This document shows, one piece after another, positions 34,705 to 45,467 of a stretch of 45,467 bases of DNA. Positions within the stretch are counted from its first letter, which is position 1. Every line of letters begins with the position of its first letter. The notes below the pieces were generated by a model. It made no database searches, was not told the DNA's origin, and was given only the letters and a program-made list of their open reading frames with translations. The stretch is from Octopus bimaculoides (Eukaryota), in assembly GCF_001194135.2 (NCBI RefSeq), contig NC_068985.1, positions 110,456,049-110,501,515 of the forward strand, given 5' to 3'. A program made the position numbers and the translations under genes.

Positions 34705-36597
34705 GTGGCTTACTTTGAAATTTTATTCGCAGACACTGTTTCGTATTTATTGAAGAATTAAAACAAGTTGATTATTTCAATTATAATTGAGTTGTTATTT
34801 GAAACTAAGAAAACAATTTTTATATTATCTTTTAAAAGTTGTTTCATCTCGGATTATTGCATTTTATATACATGTAATGAAGAAGAACAATATAGGTTAA
34901 AAGGGAAATTTCTTTCAAGTTAGTTTCTGTTATGTATACAATAGATGAGGCGGTGTTACAGGAAAATAGTTGACGGTCTCAATACAATAAGGTTTCTACA
35001 GTTATGTTTTTCCAGACTACCTCAAGCTTTTAATTTTAAGAAAACTTTTATTTCGTTTCACACACACACACAATACATACGGAAGTATTAACCTGTATTT
35101 TAATTGTTAAGACAGCATGCTGGCAGAATCGTTAGCACGCCGGGCAAAATGTTAAGCGCATTTCGTCCGGCTTTACGCTCTGAGTTCAAATTCCGCCAAG
35201 ATCGACTTTGCCGTTTCATCCTTTCGGGGTCGATTAAATTAAAATCAGTTGAACATTGCAATCGATGTAATCGACTCACACCTTCCCCGAAATTGCTAGC
35301 CGTCTGCCCAGTATCAGGAGCGACAGTGAGGGCATTCGATGAATGGGAGCTTGTTTCCCGTCCTCCTACACACGACGATGCGAGTTCAGATGTCCTAAGC
35401 TCTGATAACGTGGCAAAAATATTGAAGTTAACATCGTCTGACCATCGTCACCAATTTTCTTTGCCCTCCCACCTTCTCCAAGACAGAGACGTTCATTGTA
35501 CTGTCCAGTCTGTCCAACAGATCTGCAATGCTCTTTTGTTACATTGTGTCGAATAACCTCAGTCGCATGGTATCAACTATTTTTAGGGCCCGTGCTTCAC
35601 ACCATTACAAAGCTATTAGCCAATATGTATGTATGTATGTATGTACGTCATTATTCAGTTTATTTCAAGATTTCTTGCCAAAAGAGAAAGAACCGGTTTC
35701 TAACCTAGAGCCAAGGCCCCTTCATTGGAATTTCAACATCAACAACAGGGTATTTGTGTATGTATGTATGTATGTATGTGCAGATTTGTATGTTTTATGT
35801 ATGTATTCTCATGCATTTAGTTGCATTTCTAGACATACTCATACATATTTAAATGATAAACTTTGGGAAAGTTTTACAGATTTTTACAGTTCCAGTGATG
35901 GATTTGATCTGTAGTCTTCGAATTAGCTTTCTTCTTTCTGGATTTGAGAAGCCTAATTTCTCAAGATTGGTATTTAGGCAGTGTGTTACATATGCCAGGA
36001 CCCAAATATGTATGTATGTATGTATGTAAGTTCTCTTCTGATTTTATTTATTTGAAATGTTCCTCTGAGGGAGAAGCTGGTTTCTAACAAAGATACAAAG
36101 CTTCGTCGTTGGAATGTAAATGACAAAATATAAATTCGCGTTTAAACTAGAAAAAAGTCTTGCAAATTCTATCTAGGCGCAGAAGTCGCTGTGTGGTTAG
36201 TAGCTTGCTTACCAACCACATGGTTCCGGGTTCAGTCCCACTGCGTGGCACCTTGGGCAAGTGTCTTCTACTATAGCTTCGGGCCGACCAAAGCCTTGTG
36301 AGTGGATTTGGTAGACGGAACCTGAAAGAAGCCCGTCTTATATATGTATATATATATATGTGTGTGTGTGTGTTTGTGTGTCTGTGTTTGTCCCCCCGCC
36401 CAACATCGCTTGACAACCGATGCTGGTATGTTTACGTTTCCGTAACTTAGCGGTTCGGCGAAAGCGACCGATAGAATAAATACTAGGCTTACAAAGAATA
36501 AGTCCTGTGGTCAAATGACTGAAACAAGTAAAAGATAATAAAATGAGTATCTNNNNNNNNNNNNNNNNNNNNNNNNNNNNNNNNNNNNNNNNNNNNG

Positions 36598-36629
<32 letters not shown>

Positions 36630-36671
36630 GCGCTAGCTAGCTATCAAGAAAGAAAGCAAGAAAGAAATAGA

Positions 36672-36712
<41 letters not shown>

Positions 36713-36782
36713 GCCTCAAGAGAGGTAAGTAGGTTAAGGGAATCTGGAGAGTGAGCTCCCCTTACAGAGCTAAGTCCTTCTC

Positions 36783-36792
36783 CAAGATGGCG
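36783..36792 (+). promoter_or_regulatory. YY1-like motif CAAGATGGCG overlapping the ALG10 start codon
   Basis: Matches the AANATGGCG YY1 core, commonly found at housekeeping-gene starts; function not shown. Confidence 0.35.
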
Positions 36793-36954
36793 ACATCAAT
36801 GTTCGCGTGTCCCTTTTACTTTGGCTTGGTCACCTTCTTCGCTTTGGCCACAGTTCTTCTAAAGTGGCTGCACTCTGTCCAACCTAAGCCTTACATGGAT
36901 GAGATATTCCACATACCCCAAGCACAGCACTATTGTGATGGCAACTTCTCGCAT
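36787..36954 (+). CDS. ALG10: ALG10 exon 1 (56 codons)
   Basis: ATG in AAGATGG context; TM segment followed by PYMDEIFH. Confidence 0.94.
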
Positions 36955-39900
36955 GTACGATTATAATTATCTCTTTCCGTTAAAACTTCTCTCTTTGTAA
37001 TCTTCTCGCTCGCACTTGCATTTTCCCCACATTTTAATATTTGTTTATGTATTTGTCTGTCTTCTCCTTACTTTTGGATCTAGTGATTTTTTTTTATGTG
37101 TGTATACGTGTGTGTAAATATTTATGAGGTGTACGTATGCGCTTTTGTGTGAATCATGTTGGTATGGTGTGTACATATGTGCCTTTGTATAGATTTATAT
37201 CGGTGTATGTGTTTATATAAACATTCACACGTGTATACGTACATACATACATACAGCCATGTGTAAATGTATATAATGACAGAGATTCGCATACACACAC
37301 AACCAGATACATGTATGTTTATATTGTACACACACACACACACCTACACGTGTTATTGCACTTTTCTATAACAGTTCAAATAGTTATTGATTGAACACAA
37401 CAGTCGCGGTATTGTATTAGATGCTACTGTTACTACTGTACTATACCAGAATAGGAAATCGAATTTTCCAATATTCTTCTGGTGTTCTTGTTTGAATTCT
37501 TTGGTACCAGTAGCTGCAGTAGTGACGGTGTGTTTATAGCTATAAATATACAGTCCTACGCTTGTATATATATATATATNNNNNNNNNNNNNNNNNNNNN
37601 NNNNNNNNNNNNNNNNNNNNNNNNNNNNNNNNNNNNNNNNNNNNNNNNNNNNNNNNNNNNNNNNNNNNNNNNNNNNNNNNNNNNNNNNNNNNNNNNNNNN
37701 NNNNNNNNNNNNNNNNNNNNNNNNNNNNNNNNNNNNNNNNNNNNNNNNNNNNNNNNNNNNNNNNNNNNNNNNNNNNNNNNNNNNNNNNNNNNNNNNNNNN
37801 NNNNNNNNNNNNNNNNNNNNNNNNNNNNNNNNNNNNNNNNNNNNNNNNNNNNNNNNNNNNNNNNNNNNNNNNNNNNNNNNNNNNNNNNNNNNNNNNNNNN
37901 NNNNNNNNNNNNNNNNNNNNNNNNNNNNNNNNNNNNNNNNNNNNNNNNNNNNNNNNNNNNNNNNNNNNNNNNNNNNNNNNTATATTTTGAACAACGGAAA
38001 TTACGGTTTTATCACCTCAATACTTCAGCTTTTTAAATTTATAATTTTTCCCCCGCCCCTCAAATCTTTTGTTCTAAGCATTCTTTTTGTTTTCACTTTT
38101 TTTTAATTTTAGAATTTTTAAATAATTTATCTTTTAAATACGTATTCAGAAAAAAAAACAACTTCCTTTCAGTCACTAGACAACGGCCATGCTGGGGCGT
38201 TGCCTTGAAGGGTTTTAGTCCAACATATCAACACTAGGACTTACTAGTGGTGCTTACTCTATTGGCCTCTTACGGACCGCTAATTTATGGTGAACAAAGA
38301 CACACGCACATACACACACATACACTCTTCCATTGTTTATGGATACTAACAAATATACACAATAACGATTTTCCGGAAGCTTTGTTTCCATAGCTTCTCT
38401 GGATTAATGATTTTTTCCGAACCTTGGTTAATACACTCTCAATTTAACAAATATTAAATTTCCTTAAATAATTAACTGCTATACAGGTACTTGTACATTA
38501 GTATAAATGATACAAGTTTATTAATAATGTTCTGTGCAAGTTGTGAAGGCACATGGCTCAGTGGTTAGAGCATCAGGCTCACAATCATGAGGTAGTGAGT
38601 TCGATTCCGGACCCAGGCTGTGTGTTGTGTTCTTTATTTCACGTTGCTCCAGTTCACTCAGTTGAAGAAATGAGTTGTGATGTCACTGGTGCCAAGCTGT
38701 ATCAGCCTTAGCTTTTCCTTTGGATAACATCGGTGGTGTGGAGAGGGGAGGCCGGTATGCATTGGCAACTGCTGGTCTTTCATAAACAACTTTGCCTAGA
38801 CTTGTATCTTGGCAGGGAACTTTCTGGGTGCAATCCATAGTCATTCATGACCAAAGGGGTACCTTTAAAGGTACCAGTAAATTCCTTGCTTGTAAAATAG
38901 TGCAGATTTTAAGAGGTTCCTGACTCTCAGTGCCTGGAAATGTGTTTTACATGTATAAATATGTAATTTCTTAGTTTTGTTTTATTTGCTCCTGAATTCA
39001 CATTTTTGTTTCACTGTGAAATTAGGTTTGTGTTCATTTCATATTGTTTTTTTAACCCGAGGTCAACTACTTCAAAAAACATTTGAGTCATGTCCAACCT
39101 GTCTATTTCGTTTCCTGTTTTTTTCTCCAGAAATTGTGTAGCTTGGACTGAATCATCCATTGTGTCCTTCTAATAATGTAGTAGGGTGTAATTTGAGGGA
39201 AATTTGGCTACTATTTCTAGGAAGTTGAACAGCCACTTAGAGCAGTTAAAGTTTAGATGAGGAGGAATTTCAACCATGTTTTGTGGTCTGCTACCACAAC
39301 AGCTCCTTTATAGGATCCAGTTAGCTCAAGACATCATCAGGAGGAACCACGTCCGGTTTTGGCCCCTACTCCTCTACCGTTTTGACATGCCCCCCCCCCT
39401 TTCTGAGGTGTCTTCAGCTCTGGTGTTGGGTGCATAAATAGGTTATACTTCTACAGTACACAAAATATTTTAACAATTTTTTTGTACAGTTCCTATCAAT
39501 ATTTGATTATAGAAATATAATGAGATTTCTTTAAACATCGAATGGCCTTGGGGGTTCATCCAAGTAAAATAGGAATCAAAAGGACCCACTGGTAAAAAAT
39601 GGTTGAGAACCACTGACCAAGAGGCTTTCATTGGTTCTGATGACAGTTTGTAGCTGCGCTGTGGTTTTTATTAGTGTGTAGCTCCAAGGTCAGTAGACTG
39701 GCAGAACCATTAGAACATCCGAAATATATGCTTTGCGGTAATTCTTCCCACTCTTTACATTCTGAGTTCAAATCCCACTAAGGGCAACATTGCTTTTTAT
39801 CCTTTCAGAGGTGATAAAAAAAAAAAAGAAAAAAGTATCAGTCAAATTCTAGTGGGGGTGGGGTGATGGTAATGACTATCTCATCATCAGTCAATGTTGA

Positions 39901-41727
39901 TTTTTCCATGCTGGCCTTGGTTGGATGGTTTTTCAGGATCTAAGGATTGTAGAATTGTGTCAGACTTCAGTGTGTCTCTTGGCATGGTTTCGACATCTGG
40001 ATGTTCATTCTCATGCCAGTCGCTTTACTGTGTGTATTGTTTTTTTGTTTTTTTTTGTGACACTAGCACTAGTGAAATGACCAGGTAACTTGCAAGACAA
40101 AGAGAAAAAAAAAAAAAGGAAAGGGAAAGGAAAAAAAAAAAAAACCCTTGATTGAGTGGAATGCATTTTGGAGAATGAGGTCAGTTTTATGCAAGGTGTT
40201 CAAGGTTTAAAATATGTGCATTATTTCATAGCTTCAAGATTTAGATGATGTGATTGCTTATTTCGAAAATGACAGTTCAGGATAGGTGTAAAAGGTCAGA
40301 TCTAATCAGTTTGAATGTAAAAAAGGTAAAATATTTGGGCTGGATATTTCTGGTTCAACCTGTTAGCATTTGAATTACTTCAATACCATAGCAATGACAT
40401 TGTAAGGTAGGTGTGAGAGGCCAGATCTGGTCAGCTTGAACTTAAAACAGGTTGAAAATTTGGGCAGGATATAGCTTGTTTAAATGATAAAGAGTTAATG
40501 TTAAATACATCACATCTTTTAGCATATGGATTCATAAACTTCATTTTCATTGGTTGAAATGATAAAAGATTTCTTAAGTTGCACTAAGTTGTCTAATCGG
40601 AACTACTGTTAACCAGGATTCTAGTTGTGTTCTGACTCTGAATACATATTAACAATATAACCATCCTGAGCGTGACTGTTGCCAGTACCGCCTGACTGGC
40701 CTTGTAGGGTTTTCGAGCGAGATCGTTGCCAGTGCCCCTGGACTGGCTCTTGTGCGGGTGGCACATAAAAGACACCATTTCGAGCGTGGCCGTTTTCGTG
40801 CGGGTGACACGTAAAAGCACCCACTACACTCTGAGTGGTTGGCGTTAGGAAGGGCATCCAGCTGTAGAAACTCTGCCAAATTAGATTGGAGCCTGGTGTT
40901 GCCATCCGGTTTCACCAGTCCTCAGTCAAATCGTCCAACCCATGCTAGCATGGAAAGCGGACGTTAAACGATGATGATGATGATGATGATTTCATGACAT
41001 ATTTTAAAATTAGCAAATAATCTTTTTATATAAAATTCAGTTGGGTCTGGACTAATCATTGTCGTGCCAAACATTGGTTTGACATCCCATTTTGTAGCTA
41101 TTGGTGCAAAGATATCAAGGACTTATGTGCAACTCTATGGCTATTGTCACTGCATTAAGCATTTATTGGTGTTATGACATTAAGCAGGTGAGATGTAAGT
41201 ATCCTGCCTACATCTATTGTTGTAGTGTAGCTCTAGATCAGCTCTGATTCAGACATTCTAACCATTTTCAGGCTACATTATCTAATGTCCTTCATTTTTA
41301 TAAATCGTAGTGAAATTTGAGATGCAGGAGTGGCTGTGTGGTAAGTAGCTTGCAGGGGGCGAGCTGGCAGAAATGTTAGCACGCCGGACGAAATGCTTAG
41401 CAGTATTTCGTCTACCATTACGTTCTGAGTTCAAATTCCGCCGAGGTCGACTTTGCCTTGCATCCTTTCAGGGTCGATTAAATAAGTACCAGTTATGCAC
41501 TGGGGTCGATATAATCGACTTAATCTGTTTGTCTTTCCTCGTTTGTACCGTCTGTGTGTAGCCCCTTGTGGGCAGTAAAGAAATAAGTAGCTTGCTTACC
41601 AACCACATGATTCCGGGTTCATTCCCACTGCGTGGCACCTTAGGCAAGAGTCTTCTACTATAGCCTCGGGCCGACCAAAGCCATGTGAGTGGATTTGGTA
41701 GACGGAAACTGAAAGAAGCCCGTCGTA

Positions 41728-41772
<45 letters not shown>

Positions 41773-44266
41773 ATACATTTGTGTGTCTGTGTTTGTTCCC
41801 CCAACATCGCTTGACAACGGATGGCGGTGTGTTTACGTCCCCCGTAACTTAGCGGTTCGGCAAAAGAGGCCGATAGAATAAGTACTAGGCAACCAAGGAA
41901 TAAAGTCCTGGGGTCGATTTGCTCGACTAAAAGGCAGTGCTCCAGCATGGCCGCAGTCGAAATGACTGAAACAAGTAAAAGAGCTAAAGAGCATTGATTT
42001 TATTTGCTGTAATTTCTAGTAGGTCGATTTCCTTTATCATCATGTATTGAATGTTTTGATTAGTGTCTGTCATTATATGTCATATTTGTCATGTTTACTA
42101 CAACTACAGGCGTCAGATTAAAACTTATTAACCATTACTTCACCCATATTCCCACGCTTTTATATCTACCATGCTGCAGCCTTTAAATCATGCCTCAGTA
42201 CCGAAGCAGGTTGAATATGTCACTTGATGGCCGATAGAGATTTAACCATATAGCATTCAAACTGGCCACATTCAACCCAAAATATTCTACTTGTTTGATG
42301 TTCAAACCAACCAGAGCTGGCCTTTCACACCTACTCAACAATGTTATTCTGAAAAGAAACAACCGTGGCAGTGTGGTAAGAACTTTGCTTCCCAGCTACA
42401 TAGTTCAGTCCCACTGCATGGCACCTTGGGCAAGTGTCTTCTACTATAGCCTCGTGGATTTGGTAGGCTGAAACTAAAAGAAGTCCAATATGCATCAAAC
42501 TAATACCTATATTAAATCCAAAATAAGCATAAAGGAAGGGAGACAACTTACATTAGAAATTATACAAAGTATTCTCCCTTGATAGCCCCCCCCCCCATTT
42601 TCTCTCTGCACTTTAGAAGACGCAAAGCAGCACTCTAGACCAGGGGTTTTCAAACTGTGGTCCGCGGACCACAGGGGGTCCGTGGGCAGCAAATACTTTT
42701 TATGGGCAATTTGATTTTATATATGTTTTTTAATCGAAATCTTTTAATTGACAATAAACCTATTTGTTAAATACTGTTAAATAAATAGATGTAAAAATAT
42801 CTGTTATTTTAAGCAAATATTTATGAAATATAAAGGGGTCCGCAAGTCAAAAAGTTTGAAGACCCCTGCTCTAGACAATAGCGTTAAGTGAATTATAGCT
42901 GAGGTTTAGTTTTGCCTCTTTACGTTCTGAGATCAAATCCTGTTAAATCAAACTTTGCTTTATACTTTTAGAGGGCGAAGCGTCGGTTAAATAAAACTAT
43001 ATCCATCGTTACCTTTTACTTGTTCCAGTCATTGGGTTACAGCCATTACTAGGGCATTGCCTCGAAGGGTTTAGTCGAACAAATTTGACCCCAATATTTA
43101 TTTTTTCGGTCTCTTTTGCCGAAACGCTAAGCTACGGGATGTAAACAAACCAACACTGGTTGTCAAGCGGTGGTGTTGGACAAGAAACACGCACCCATGA
43201 AAACATGCACACGCACATATATGACGGGCTTCTTTCGGTTTCCATCTACTAAATCCACTAACAAGGCTTTGATTAACCTGGGACTATCGTAGAAGACACT
43301 TGCCCAAGTTGCTACGCGGTGGGACTGAACCAGGAAGTGGGGGGTTGGGACGAAAGCTTCTTACCACACCACCATGCCTGTATTCTTTTACTTGTTTCAG
43401 TCATTTTGACTGCGGCCATGCTGGAGCACTGCCTTTAGTTGAACAAATCGACCTCAGGACTTACTCTTCTGTAAGCCGAGGCTATAGTAGAAGACACTTG
43501 CCCAAGGTTCCACACAGTGTGACTGAACCCGGAACAATGTGGTTGGTAAGCGAGGTACTTACCACACAACCACTCCTGCACCTATGTATGAGTATAGGTG
43601 AATCATTAGCATGCCGAGTGAAATGCTTAGCAGTATCTTGTCTGCCGCTACATTCTGAGTTCAAATTCTACCAAGGTTGACTTTGCCTTTCATCCTTTCC
43701 GGGTTGACAAATTAAATACCAGTTGAATACTGGGGTCGATGTAATCGATTAGTCCCCTTCCCCCAAATTTCAGGCTTTGTGCCTATAGTAGAAAGGATTC
43801 TTCTTCTCCTCCTCCTCCTCCTCTTCTTCTTCTCCTCCTCCTCCTCCTTCTTCTTCCAAGGTGGTCAGCTGGCAGAATTGTTAACACGCCGGGCGAAATG
43901 CTTAGCAGTATTTCATCTGCCGTTATGTTCTGAGTTCAAATTCCGCCGAGGTCGATAAATTAAGTACCAGTTACGCACTGGGGTCGATGTAATCAACTTA
44001 ATCCCTTTGTCTGTCCTTGTTTGTCCCCTCTATGTTTAGCCCCTTGTGGGCAATAAAGAAATACGAATTGTTAATAAACCAGGTGAGATGCTTAATGGTA
44101 TTTTGCCCATCACTATGTTCTGAGTTCAAATTCCGACGAGGTCAACATTGCCTTTCATCCTTTTGGGGGTCGATAAGTTAAGTACCAGTGAAATGTTGGG
44201 GTCGATATAATCGACTAGTCCCCTTCCCCAAAATTTCAGGCCTTGTGCCTTTAGTAGAAAAGATTA

Positions 44267-44304
<38 letters not shown>

Positions 44305-44580
44305 GTTAGTATTTCATCCAGTTTGTTTTTGTCTTTGTGATTTTTTTACTCTTATAACTTATGTTTTTGTTTTTTCTTTTGTCTTTTGCAGTGGGATCCA
44401 ATGATAACGACCCTTCCTGGCCTCTACCTCTCGTCGAGTCTTCCCCTCTCCATACCAGGTCGACTGCTGTTTAACAAGGGGGACATGTTCTGTACCCCTT
44501 ACGTACTACGATGTACTAACCTCTTCTTCTCTACAGGAAATGTGGCCCTTATCTTTCTGCTGCTTAACAGGATGCACCCA
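36787..44580 (+). CDS. ALG10: Dol-P-Glc:Glc2Man9GlcNAc2-PP-Dol alpha-1,2-glucosyltransferase, 5' part; join(36787-36954,44392-44580); gene presumably continues beyond the window
   Basis: PYMDEIFHIPQAQHYCDGNFSH|WDPMITTLPGLY is the ALG10/DIE2 N-terminal signature. Phase-0 GT-AG intron; donor GTAAGT after 44580. Confidence 0.95.
38548..38870 (+). mobile_element. tRNA-derived SINE family D; related copies near 404-660 (+) and 27600-27900 (-)
   Basis: A box TGGCTCAGTGG, B box GAGTTCGATTCC, followed by non-tRNA body. Confidence 0.75.
41354..41583 (+). mobile_element. SINE family B copy nested in a family A head; other copies near 35110-35310, 43590-44270, 16960-18920 (+) and 2960-3180, 4330-4640, 11060-11440, 31430-31690 (-)
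   Basis: 12-bp TSD TAAGTAGCTTGC (41342-53 / 41584-95); head GAGCTGGCAGAA.GTTAGCA, B-box-like GAGTTCAAATTCC. Confidence 0.88.
42641..42868 (+). mobile_element. hAT-Charlie-type MITE copy 4 (228 bp, internal deletion), ALG10 intron 1
   Basis: Same TIRs; perfect TSD CTCTAGAC. Confidence 0.92.
44392..44580 (+). CDS. ALG10: ALG10 exon 2 (63 codons)
   Basis: Pyrimidine tract plus TTGCAG; WDPMITTLPGLY...LRCTNLFFSTGN; donor GTAAGT. Confidence 0.95.
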
Positions 44581-44831
44581 GTAAGTACTGCATCCATACA
44601 TGCACACAATCACACACACACACACCCTCACAGACACACCTACATGTGTCTGTGTGTCCTCCATGCAGGCAGGCCTACATTCTTCCTCAACAGGATGTCA
44701 GTCTGTTGCTGGATTACCCATTTACAGCCTAGTGGACTGGAGCAATGTGAAATGAGAATGAATTACCGTTCTGGGAATTGAAACTACTATCTGCACTTAT
44801 AGACACATGTACAGGGATACATGTGTGCACA

Positions 44832-45051
44832 TATAAGAGTGTATAAAGATTTATACACAGAGAGAAGACCCTTGACAGGACTTCTTACATATCAAAAAAG
44901 GTAGTTAGAGCCAAACCACAAAAAATAATTCTTAAGGCCCACTGTTAATGACACTAGAGTGAACAAAATAAAGAATTAATTTTTTATTTAACATGTAAGA
45001 AGTCCTGTCAAGGGTATTCTCTCTGTGTATCAACCTTTATACACTCCTATA
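44832..45051. repeat. 220-bp foldback in ALG10 intron 2
   Basis: Imperfect arms of about 59 bp, 44832-90 / 44993-45051. Confidence 0.75.
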
Positions 45052-45433
45052 TATAAGAATATATATATTTAAACACAGACACATTTATATTATATATATA
45101 TCATCATCATTTAATGTCCATTATCCTTTGGCGTTATGTTGTGTTTGAGAAGAAGACCCATCAAGTTGAGCAAAATCGCAGTTGTGGAAGATACCAGTGT
45201 CATGCAAATGGCGCCTATGCTGGTTGCACATAAAAGCACCCACTATACTCTCGGAGTCGTTGGCATTAGGAAGGGCATCCAGCCATAGAAAAAAATGCCA
45301 GATCAGACTGGAGCCTGGCGCAGCCTTCCAGTGTGCCAGCCCAGTGAAACCATCCAACCTATGCCAGCATGGATAATGGATGTTAAATGATGATGATGAT
45401 ATATATATATATATATAATGTAAATGTGTCTGT

Positions 45434-45467
<34 letters not shown>

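Noticed and set aside
38548-38620. tRNA-like sequence with A and B boxes
   Set aside because: No complete cloverleaf; runs into a repeated SINE body, so not a tRNA gene.
39255-39345. Minus-strand CTGATGA ... GAAA
   Set aside because: Flanks are direct, not inverted, repeats; no stem I.
39570-39616. hAT-like TIR end (CAGTGGTTCTCAACC on the minus strand)
   Set aside because: No partner TIR or TSD found; too fragmentary to delimit.
1-45467. CRISPR arrays, rRNA, prokaryotic operons
   Set aside because: None seen; the repeats are eukaryotic interspersed elements and microsatellites.

Overview
AT-rich, gap-containing eukaryotic genomic DNA. The repeat families point to an octopod cephalopod, probably Octopus (inferred, not searched). 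Three housekeeping genes were rebuilt by hand from splice signals and protein similarity. (1) CDC50A/TMEM30A, the P4-ATPase flippase beta subunit: + strand, 8 coding exons, 8111 (or 8036)-21926, 352 aa (377 aa from the upstream ATG), with a U12-type intron at 19724-21269. (2) TPRKB/CGI-121, a KEOPS subunit: - strand, 4 exons, 34704-28996, 193 aa, convergent with CDC50A. (3) The first two exons of ALG10: + strand, 36787-36954 and 44392-44580, head-to-head with TPRKB. The rest is mostly repeats: tRNA-derived SINEs, 5'-truncated RTE LINE ends, hAT-Charlie, Merlin-like, piggyBac and Tc1/mariner MITEs with visible TSDs, an L1/Tx1-like ORF1 relic, Penelope-like (PLE) relics and microsatellites. The most striking unexplained structures are two foldback elements in CDC50A introns. 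Each carries a sense-strand type I hammerhead-ribozyme motif with a palindromic stem III (PLE-like), paired to an antisense arm that could mask it. Nearly all ORFs in the supplied track other than those overlapping these exons or the retroelement relics are microsatellite, repeat or N-gap noise.
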